Positions 1-9,408 of a DNA stretch of 20,000 nucleotides are shown here, in pieces. This DNA is from Veleropilina oligotropha. Taxonomy: Eukaryota. The stretch is taken from positions 367,664 to 387,663 of the forward strand of contig JBEUKZ010000038.1 in the NCBI GenBank assembly GCA_048128005.1, given 5' to 3'. The number at the start of each line of letters is the position of its first letter. Position 1 is the first letter of the stretch. The notes under the pieces are model-generated. The model did not search any database and had not been told where the DNA came from. It worked only from the letters and a program-made list of their open reading frames with translations. A program made the translations under genes and the position numbers.

Positions 1-57
1 GGATGAGCGAGTCTTGCTCTTTGACTTGGATTTTCCTCCTTTGCCTCGTCCTGACAT
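1..57 (-). CDS. H2A: Histone H2A, 5' part (truncated by window start)
   Basis: Identical to 5077-5133, the start of the complete H2A ([13 protein letters not shown]...), at the 5076 bp unit offset. Confidence 0.95.
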   Translation of the reverse strand, partial: MSGRGKGGKSKSKSKTRSS

Positions 58-316
58 ATTTTCTTCTTATCCGTCCGTTTCGCAATTGAAATGAAGACAG
101 TAATAGAAATAGCACGGCCACGCCGGTCTATAATCGCTCGAAATGGATTGAAATTTCACGTATCAAATTTGGCGGCAACCAATAAGATTCTGAGCTGATC
201 AATTAGCGCTAGGCGACCAATAGAAATGAAATCCAGTTTCAATCCACGCCACGTGATTTCAACCCTATCAAATAGCCACGAACGCTTATTTTTCATCACA
301 TCTACCTGATACAAGC
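58..316. promoter_or_regulatory. Divergent H2A/H2B promoter with CCAAT boxes (179, 217); second copy 5134-5392
   Basis: 259 bp between head-to-head H2A and H2B ATGs; CCAAT at 179-183 and 217-221; TTTGGCGG E2F-like motif at 168-175. Confidence 0.8.
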
Positions 317-685
317 ATGCCACCAAAAGTTAGTTCTAAGGGAGCGAAGAAGGCAGGAAAGGCGAAAGCCGCACGGGGCGGAGACAAGAAGAGGAGACGC
401 AAGAGGAAGGAAAGCTACAGCATTTACATCTACAAAGTCATGAAGCAGGTCCATCCCGACACTGGCATCTCGTCGAAGGCCATGGTCATCATGAACAGCT
501 TCGTAAACGACATCTTCGAGCGCATCGCCGGAGAAGCATCCCGCCTCGCACAGTACAACAAGAGGTCGACCATCACCAGCCGAGAGATCCAAACCGCCGT
601 CCGCTTGCTCCTGCCCGGTGAACTGGCAAAGCACGCTGTCAGTGAGGGAACGAAAGCGGTCACCAAATACACCAGCAGCAAGTAA
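317..685 (+). CDS. H2B: Histone H2B
   Basis: 122 aa, [26 protein letters not shown]...[17 protein letters not shown]; intronless; followed by stem-loop. Confidence 0.99.
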   Translation: MPPKVSSKGAKKAGKAKAARGGDKKRRRKRKESYSIYIYKVMKQVHPDTGISSKAMVIMNSFVNDIFERIAGEASRLAQYNKRSTITSREIQTAVRLLLPGELAKHAVSEGTKAVTKYTSSK

Positions 686-716
686 ATATTCGGATATATC
701 TTGCCTGACAACCAAC

Positions 717-756
717 GGCCCTTTTCAGGGCCACCTAAATCTTCCGAGAGAATACC
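717..756 (+). terminator. Histone 3' stem-loop (717-732) and histone downstream element CCGAGAGAATACC (744-756)
   Basis: GGCCCTTTTCAGGGCC followed by ACC and a purine-rich element conserved in all four genes. Confidence 0.95.
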
Positions 757-1579
757 ACTGTTATGCCATAGCGTTTGCTTGCTTAGCTAAGGAAATTGTA
801 ATAAGTTAATTGGTAGTTTACATAGAAACATACAAACATTCACCCATTTCATAACGCAAAGTAAGTTGCTCAATAAAAACACCAAACCTTTATTCGTTTT
901 CGCACGACCCTCCAATGTTTGTTGTCATCTGCCGATAAACATTATTCTAATATTCACCAAGCTGGCATAATAGTGTTAATGTGGCTGTTGTCCGCTTCGG
1001 AGTCTTGTTCTACTCACCAGACCGAACGAACACGACTAACGGCCTTCGCTAGGCTTTATAGGACACGCTTGCGTTTCCAGATCCCCAACAATGTTATTCT
1101 TATCCGAAAGTCTTTATTTTATCCTTGGCTAAACGGAAAATTCACGCCACGGACTGCTTCGAACGATGGTTTTCAACTGTCAAACAGCAGCATCAAAAAA
1201 TACGAACACGGCTGATCGCACCCACGAAGTATGAAAAACTATAGGGCTGCTATTGATTGCGTATGTTCATAATACGAAAGTTATAACGTTAAATTACTTT
1301 GTATGGAAGTTATTGTTGCTAAAGATCATCTTTACGAGCGATAGTCATTATTAATAGGCTCATTCGTGTGGTACTTTCCCTTGAGTACGGAGTTGGTTGC
1401 GCATTAGCAAAAAAACGTATTCACAACTGTATGAAAATAAATTGTATTGTGAAATCAAGCAAAAATTGCCGAATACGATAAATGGCCTAGTAGAAATCGT
1501 GCTTAACAGTTTTTACGTAATCAACGAAGCCTACCACTCGAATGGGGGCTATTGTTTCTCTTGGCGAAATTAGGAGAAC

Positions 1580-2028
<449 letters not shown>

Positions 2029-2057
2029 ACTCACCGCTTTTCTAACGAAGTTCCAAC

Positions 2058-2097
2058 GGCCCTTTTCAGGGCCACCAAATTCTTCCGAGAGAATACC
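2058..2097 (+). terminator. Histone 3' stem-loop (2058-2073) and downstream element (2085-2097)
   Basis: GGCCCTTTTCAGGGCC...CCGAGAGAATACC. Confidence 0.95.
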
Positions 2098-2594
2098 CTA
2101 ATTGTGCCAATTCGTATATCTTGTAGCATAAATTACATGTGCATCAATTAGGCTTTGCACACGCAAACGCGCATTACGCTTTTAACAGTAAATTGCATAC
2201 AGACTCGTCAAATGATACGGAAATGCACTCGATTACACTAATTGTGCAGGGAACAATTGTTAGCTCAGCTATTGTTTTTTGTTTTAAATTCATTGAATTT
2301 AGTCATTTAAACAATACACTCGATTTTTGGTTTCCAAGTGATCAAATAAATAGCAATTAATCTACCCGAAACACACCACGAGTTATTTCCCTTGCACCGT
2401 TGGGCCAACTGAACAAAGAACAAATTATGAAATCTAACGACGATCTTGATACTCCGGCGCACAACGCATTGCACGCGACAACACGATATAGCTATAGCGA
2501 CTTCGAATTGGGTGCACAATGTAAAAAAAATGATACTCACCATAAAAAACCTCAAATAGAAAAACAGTGGCGCGCTTTCTCACTCTCTCGAAAT

Positions 2595-2741
2595 CTTCAT
2601 CAACAGAAAAGAACGATGAATAAATATGGCAATAGAGCATTTATCAACAATGCCCCAACACTCTGGAACAAACTCACATCTAAAGTAAAGGAAAGTACAA
2701 CTCTGGCAGGTTTTCGGAAGACATTGATTACACACCTATTT
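2595..2741 (+). mobile_element. Relic of an L2/CR1-group LINE ORF2 C-terminus in the H4-H3 spacer (copy at 15788-15934)
   Basis: Translates as YGNRAFINNAPTLWNKLTSKVKESTTLAGFRKTLITHLF, resembling the GxRAFSxxAPxLWNxLP...FKxxLKTHLF end motif of L2/CR1-group ORF2. Confidence 0.7.
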
Positions 2742-3219
2742 GCTGATGTATATGCCAACCTGATCACGTCTCACTAACAATTCGAATTAGCTGACATCGT
2801 AGTAGTGGATGACAGTAATGACTGGTTCACATTCGGTTATTGTTATTGCTTGCATCATATGTATCATTTAAAATTGGTTGAAGTTCATGCTAGTGGCTGC
2901 TTCACCTCTTTGTCTGATTGTGCTTGGGAAAACAAAATAATTTTATTGGGAATTATTGTATTCATGGTATCATTGATGTTTCCCCTACAGGTATATTCTC
3001 ATGTACTGTAATATTAAATAATAAATAACAATAATAATTCAGGCAACGAATATTTGTAAAAAAAAATTAATATCAAGTTAAAAATCAATGTTGGGACTAC
3101 TTCTAGCACGTTAAACGCTTGCATCGTTGATACTTTCCTTATTTATTTACACCGGTTAAAATATTTTCTGCACCGCGCCACTAAATTGCCGGAAATGGAT
3201 AGAAAACTGAAACCATTTC

Positions 3220-3755
<536 letters not shown>

Positions 3756-3784
3756 AGCTTAGGCGTCGCTCCATGCAAACCAAC

Positions 3785-3824
3785 GGCCCTTTTCAGGGCC
3801 ACCAACATCCTCCGAAAGAATACC
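3785..3824 (+). terminator. Histone 3' stem-loop (3785-3800) and downstream element (3812-3824)
   Basis: GGCCCTTTTCAGGGCC...CCGAAAGAATACC. Confidence 0.95.
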
Positions 3825-4114
3825 TTTGTTAACATCCCATACGTTCAAAACCGCCCGCATTTACTGACTTAAAAATTTACTTTGTAAGTAGTAAAATTCC
3901 ATATTTTTGGTAGTAAAATTGAACAATAAATAGTTAATTTCACTATTTAAATAGTTTATATTAGGATACTACTTAAATTAGTGAATAATATTCACATATA
4001 TGCTCTGTCCGTTCACGCATAAACGAAGTACTCTTACATTGCAGCATTGAATTCAAAATGAGATCCAATGCTCAATAATGAATATGCGTTTGATATGCAA
4101 AATGTCACTTGCGT

Positions 4115-4144
4115 TGTGTGTGTGGGGGGGGGGGGGGGGGGGGG
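4115..4144 (+). repeat. (TG)n followed by G21 homopolymer (copy 17308-17337 with G19)
   Basis: Direct reading; the only clear difference I found between the two units. Confidence 0.9.
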
Positions 4145-4684
4145 TGTTAATTGACAGGATGTTCGAATCGCGCCCGATTTCTTCAGTTTTCATTTATTCA
4201 TTAGCGTCGACGCCTGTATTTTCATAATCTTAATATTACAATGGAAAATATATTAAAAAGTGGTCTCAAAATATATTATGTTACCAAATCATTTATTTGT
4301 CATCGCATTTATACATACATCTGAAAATATTACACGTTCTGGAAGGATGTCTCAAGAAAATCTTTTGAGCCCGTTAGTCAAGACACCCCGAGAAGACGTG
4401 CAATAAAATGTATGTAAAACCAAAACATAAATAAATTAAACAACAGTGGGTTTTATAAAGTGTGATAGATTGCTAGTTTCCTAAATTTGCATATTTACAA
4501 TTAGTCTTGCATATCAGCATAATGTAGAAGAAATGTTGCTTTTAATGTGTTGTTGTATGGTATTTAAATTTCCTGTTTCTGTTGACAGTTTTTCTAGAAT
4601 TATAATCGAAGATAATCGTTTGTTTGTTGTACAATGTGGTACATGAAATTTATCTTTAGTATGGATACGTTGTGGCACAACTAG

Positions 4685-4724
4685 GGTATTCTATCGGAAG
4701 ATTTTGGTGGCCCTGAAAAGGGCC
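4685..4724 (-). terminator. H2A 3' stem-loop (4709-4724) and downstream element (4685-4697)
   Basis: Reverse complement reads GGCCCTTTTCAGGGCC...CCGATAGAATACC. Confidence 0.95.
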
Positions 4725-4755
4725 GTTGGTTACTTGGTCCGTAAAACCGAATCTG

Positions 4756-5133
4756 TTACTTGGCAGCCTTGGAGCTCTTCTTGGGTAGAAGCACCGCTTG
4801 GATGTTGGGTAGCACACCACCCTGGGCGATGGTTACTCCGGACAGCAGTCTGTTCAGCTCCTCGTCGTTGCGGATGGCCAGCTGGAGGTGACGGGGAATG
4901 ATTCTCGTCTTCTTGTTGTCTCGGGCGGCGTTACCTGCCAACTCGAGGACTTCAGCGGCAAGATATTCCATCACAGCAGCCAGGTAGACTGGAGCCCCAG
5001 CGCCGACACGCTCGGCATAATGTCCTTTTCGGAGATGGCGGTGGATACGACCGACTGGAAATTGAAGTCCGGCACGGGATGAGCGAGTCTTGCTCTTTGA
5101 CTTGGATTTTCCTCCTTTGCCTCGTCCTGACAT
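4756..5133 (-). CDS. H2A: Histone H2A
   Basis: 125 aa, [14 protein letters not shown]...[17 protein letters not shown]. Confidence 0.99.
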   Translation of the reverse strand: MSGRGKGGKSKSKSKTRSSRAGLQFPVGRIHRHLRKGHYAERVGAGAPVYLAAVMEYLAAEVLELAGNAARDNKKTRIIPRHLQLAIRNDEELNRLLSGVTIAQGGVLPNIQAVLLPKKSSKAAK

Positions 5134-5392
5134 ATTTTCTTCTTATCCGTCCGTTTCGCAATTGAAATGAAGACAGTAATAGAAATAGCACGGCCACGCC
5201 GGTCTATAATCGCTCGAAATGGATTGAAATTTCACGTATCAAATTTGGCGGCAACCAATAAGATTCTGAGCTGATCAATTAGCGCTAGGCGACCAATAGA
5301 AATGAAATCCAGTTTCAATCCACGCCACGTGATTTCAACCCTATCAAATAGCCACGAACGCTTATTTTTCATCACATCTACCTGATACAAGC

Positions 5393-5761
5393 ATGCCACC
5401 AAAAGTTAGTTCTAAGGGAGCGAAGAAGGCAGGAAAGGCGAAAGCCGCACGGGGCGGAGACAAGAAGAGGAGACGCAAGAGGAAGGAAAGCTACAGCATT
5501 TACATCTACAAAGTCATGAAGCAGGTCCATCCCGACACTGGCATCTCGTCGAAGGCCATGGTCATCATGAACAGCTTCGTAAACGACATCTTCGAGCGCA
5601 TCGCCGGAGAAGCATCCCGCCTCGCACAGTACAACAAGAGGTCGACCATCACCAGCCGAGAGATCCAAACCGCCGTCCGCTTGCTCCTGCCCGGTGAACT
5701 GGCAAAGCACGCTGTCAGTGAGGGAACGAAAGCGGTCACCAAATACACCAGCAGCAAGTAA
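5393..5761 (+). CDS. H2B: Histone H2B
   Basis: Identical to 317-685; stem-loop at 5793-5808. Confidence 0.99.
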   Translation: MPPKVSSKGAKKAGKAKAARGGDKKRRRKRKESYSIYIYKVMKQVHPDTGISSKAMVIMNSFVNDIFERIAGEASRLAQYNKRSTITSREIQTAVRLLLPGELAKHAVSEGTKAVTKYTSSK

Positions 5762-6762
5762 ATATTCGGATATATCTTGCCTGACAACCAACGGCCCTTT
5801 TCAGGGCCACCTAAATCTTCCGAGAGAATACCACTGTTATGCCATAGCGTTTGCTTGCTTAGCTAAGGAAATTGTAATAAGTTAATTGGTAGTTTACATA
5901 GAAACATACAAACATTCACCCATTTCATAACGCAAAGTAAGTTGCTCAATAAAAACACCAAACCTTTATTCGTTTTCGCACGACCCTCCAATGTTTGTTG
6001 TCATCTGCCGATAAACATTATTCTAATATTCACCAAGCTGGCATAATAGTGTTAATGTGGCTGTTGTCCGCTTCGGAGTCTTGTTCTACTCACCAGACCG
6101 AACGAACACGACTAACGGCCTTCGCTAGGCTTTATAGGACACGCTTGCGTTTCCAGATCCCCAACAATGTTATTCTTATCCGAAAGTCTTTATTTTATCC
6201 TTGGCTAAACGGAAAATTCACGCCACGGACTGCTTCGAACGATGGTTTTCAACTGTCAAACAGCAGCATCAAAAAATACGAACACGGCTGATCGCACCCA
6301 CGAAGTATGAAAAACTATAGGGCTGCTATTGATTGCGTATGTTCATAATACGAAAGTTATAACGTTAAATTACTTTGTATGGAAGTTATTGTTGCTAAAG
6401 ATCATCTTTACGAGCGATAGTCATTATTAATAGGCTCATTCGTGTGGTACTTTCCCTTGAGTACGGAGTTGGTTGCGCATTAGCAAAAAAACGTATTCAC
6501 AACTGTATGAAAATAAATTGTATTGTGAAATCAAGCAAAAATTGCCGAATACGATAAATGGCCTAGTAGAAATCGTGCTTAACAGTTTTTACGTAATCAA
6601 CGAAGCCTACCACTCGAATGGGGGCTATTGTTTCTCTTGGCGAAATTAGGAGAACAATGATTGGCCGATCGTTTCGTCGAAATCGTATTCTGACCAATCG
6701 GGTTAGCGGCGAGGGGTTTTCCTTAGCGTCCGCCACAACGGTATATAACATAATGGAATTTT

Positions 6763-6776
6763 GTTTTTTTGGGTCA
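6763..6776 (+). repeat. Target site duplication GTTTTTTTGGGTCA (copies: 6763-6776, 8297-8309 [13 bp], 14880-14893)
   Basis: Single copy in the uninserted unit (1687-1700); three copies bracketing the two inserted elements. Confidence 0.92.
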
Positions 6777-6866
6777 GCAAAACTACCTCAAACCAACATC
6801 AACCAAAAAAATATCTAACTAGTTAGACAACGAGTTGGTATGATTCTAGACAAACAACCGCGCGCG

Positions 6867-7112
6867 GTTTGTCTAAAGGCGGCAACTCGTCACCGCCAGT
6901 GATAATGAGTTGGTATGATTCTAGTGTTTCCTGCACTAAAGGCGGCAACTCATTTCCTGGCGGAATAGCAATTTGTTTTGTATGATTACGTTTGTCTAAA
7001 GGCGGCAACTCGTCACCGCCAGTGATAATGAGTTGGTATGATTCTAGTGTTTCCTGCACTAAGGGCGGCAACTCATTTCCTGGCGGAATAGAAATTTGTT
7101 TTGTATGATTAC
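6867..7112 (+). repeat. 2 x 123 bp tandem repeat in the LINE 3'UTR (copy 13390-13635)
   Basis: GTTTGTCTAAAGGCGGCAACTC at 6867 and 6990; each unit has two half-repeats beginning CTAA(A/G)GGCGGCAACTC. Confidence 0.9.
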
Positions 7113-7688
7113 ATAATCATTTATAATTTATATTGAAACATTCGCGTAAAAACAAACTATATCTCTACAACATCTACATACCTTACCAGCTTTCTTTTCG
7201 CCATTCCGAGGCTCCACAGGATCTTAATAATATAAGGAGAGGAATATAGGGAGGTCAGTCAGCAAAACTACCTCAAACCAACACCAAAAAAATACAAAAA
7301 AAAATAAAATCCAAAAATATTTCATATTTATATGTTTTTCACTTTTTCACCTCTTGCACTGCACTATACATAACTCATACCCAACACACGAAACCAGGCA
7401 TACTCATGGAGGATGGAGTATGCCTTGTTGCAACTTTCTTTTATCTTCTCAAATATCAAATAAAATACCGAAACAGCAAATAAAATACATCCACTGCATA
7501 ACACTACACATCACTCACTCATCCTCCAACTTAATTAACTTAATTAACTTATTTTTCAACATTTCGGAATTTTAATTCAGGCTATTACATTTTAATTTAT
7601 TCTCTCGATTAAAGCCTTTTTTCAACTACATAGCATATTGATTAACTACATGTTGAAATGTTATGTAGACGCAATATATTGATATATT

Positions 7689-7721
<33 letters not shown>

Positions 7722-7880
7722 TATAACCTTTATTTTTATTTTATTTTTTTATTACTAGTAATATAACCGTTATAACTTACAAGTTACGGCAGTACGATCG
7801 ATGATGATTAATGTTAATGTCTGTCAACTTATCACTAAATAAATGCAGTAACTACTAAATTTATTTTCTATTATTTACAG

Positions 7881-8171
7881 TTTTTTTTTTGGTGGCCCTG
7901 AATCGGTGCGCTGGTGAAAGGGGCCGTTGGATGCTGGACGGACGGTGTGTCTGGCCGCCGGGTCCGTGCGGGTTTCGGCCTTGTCTCTTCGGTGCGTGGA
8001 CGGCGTCCGTGGCGGTGGCGGTCTTCCTCTTGGCGTGCTCGGTGTGGGTGGCGGCGTTGCGGATGACATTTTCTGGGAGCGTCGCGGATGACATTTTCTG
8101 GGAGCGTCGCGGGTCTCTTCGTGGGTGGGTCTGGAGATGCGCTCCGCCACGTCGGGCCAGACGGCGGATGG
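7881..8171 (-). pseudogene. Processed, A-to-G hypermutated H4 3' fragment, antisense within the LINE 3'UTR
   Basis: Aligns to the reverse complement of H4 1817-2079; minus-strand translation IRRLARRGG...[18 protein letters not shown]; interrupted stem-loop followed by oligo(A). Confidence 0.92.
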
Positions 8172-8309
8172 GACATATACGACATCCATGGCGGAAAACA
8201 AATACAAAGAAGAACGACAACTAGAAAGACAAGAGGTCGAAATCACGGAAAACGTGGAAGACCTCGTTAAAATCGAATTAAACAACAACAACAACAGTTT
8301 TTTTGGGTC

Positions 8310-9408
8310 GTACTCAGTAGAAATATACGCGCCCCCGCCAGTTCGTTGCTTTAAGTGTCAACGCTTCGGGCACACATCAAAAGTCTGCAGAAGCACAATT
8401 GATGTGTGCTCAAAGTGTGCCAGTCAACACCGTTTCGATAATTGCGTTAGCACCCTTTCCAAATGTGCGAACTGCGCCGGTAATCATAGCGCCGGATTCA
8501 CAGGTTGTCCCGCTTATCGGGAAAAACTAATAATAAACAAACAGAGTCCAACAACACCAGCAAATATAAAGAATGGTAATAAACCAATTAACAAACAGGA
8601 ACCAGTCAAGCAAAAACATGTGACACCGCAAACATCCTACGCCGACGCGGTTAAAACAAAAGAGCAAACGCAGCAGACCGCAACAAAACTTAATCCGCAT
8701 CCGGTCACTCCTCTGTTAAATGACACAAATTTAACAACCGACAATCAAGAAAACAACCTTTCCGATAGAATAAGCCCAGAGGGATTACACTTTATAATCG
8801 GCACAATGTTTGATATACTGCACAAAACTCTTGAACAGGAACATGAAACTGATAAACTCGAAACCGAAAGCGAACGGAAAAATCGCCGATTCGAAATCCT
8901 AAACGATGCTATTTCCGAAAGCCTCGCCGATTTAACAGATATGGGAATTTCCCCTATGATAAATTCAGATTCGGATGGCTCGCCACCGCCTCAACCGCAA
9001 CGGAAAAAAAGAGTCGAGCGTAGACCGCAAACCGATTCTTCAAGCGATGCTAAAATTGATAAAAGTAGCACAGCGAGTCCGACCCAGAAACCGCAAAGCG
9101 AAACAATCGTAATTCCCGAAATAGTAACAATCGAGATTCCGTCATCAATAACTAAAGACGACAGTAAAGAAAATACTAGCGCCGAATCTTCACCAACGGT
9201 AGATACGGATAACACTAAGACGCCGTCTAAAAGCGAAATCAAAACTCCGATTATAAACAAATCAGAATATGAAGTTCCTAAAATCCCAACCCCGCTAGCC
9301 AGACGAACACGTTTACAACTAATTAAAAAGGAAAAAAAAGCAAATAAAAGCAAAGATACACCTGTATCGACCAAAAGTAAAGATAACAAATCATTTTTGC
9401 GAACATAA
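8310..9408 (+). CDS. LINE ORF1 (gag-like nucleic-acid-binding protein), C-terminal part
   Basis: Three zinc knuckles CFKCQRFGHTSKVC, CSKCASQHRFDNC, CANCAGNHSAGFTGC, plus SYADAV motif; N-terminus missing relative to the ORF1 at 18749. Confidence 0.88.

Larger units (their letters stand above)
6777..8296 (+). mobile_element. Element 1: heavily 5'-truncated LINE copy (3'UTR only) ending in (AAC)n
   Basis: Near-identical to 13300-14879, the 3'UTR of the ORF2-bearing copy; flanked by target-site copies; tail AACAACAACAACAACA. Confidence 0.9.

Noticed and set aside
302..715. Antisense and alternative-frame ORFs over the histone genes and LINE ORFs
   Set aside because: Shadow ORFs of real coding sequence with no independent motifs.
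919..1215. Spacer ORFs (919-1215, 2139-2360, 2805-3011) as an H1 or novel gene
   Set aside because: No Lys/Ala-rich or globular H1 features, non-ATG starts and no stem-loop.
4124..4144. Poly-G as a functional G-quadruplex
   Set aside because: Simple length-variable homopolymer with no further evidence of function.
4485..4492. Octamer ATTTGCAT as an H2B regulatory element
   Set aside because: It lies in the AT-rich H3-H2A 3' spacer, far from the H2B promoter; expected by chance.
6823..7071. 82 aa repeat protein, or CRISPR-like array
   Set aside because: The ORF only reflects a 123 bp (41 codon) repeat; the spacers are themselves repeated and the context is eukaryotic with no cas genes.
7861..8220. 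Functional H4 variant gene on the minus strand
   Set aside because: N-terminus missing, frameshifting deletions and duplication, many radical changes and a broken stem-loop.
8125..9408. 427 aa ORF as the native ORF1
   Set aside because: Its first ~61 codons derive from the element 1 tail and the target duplication; the native N-terminus seen in element 3 is missing.
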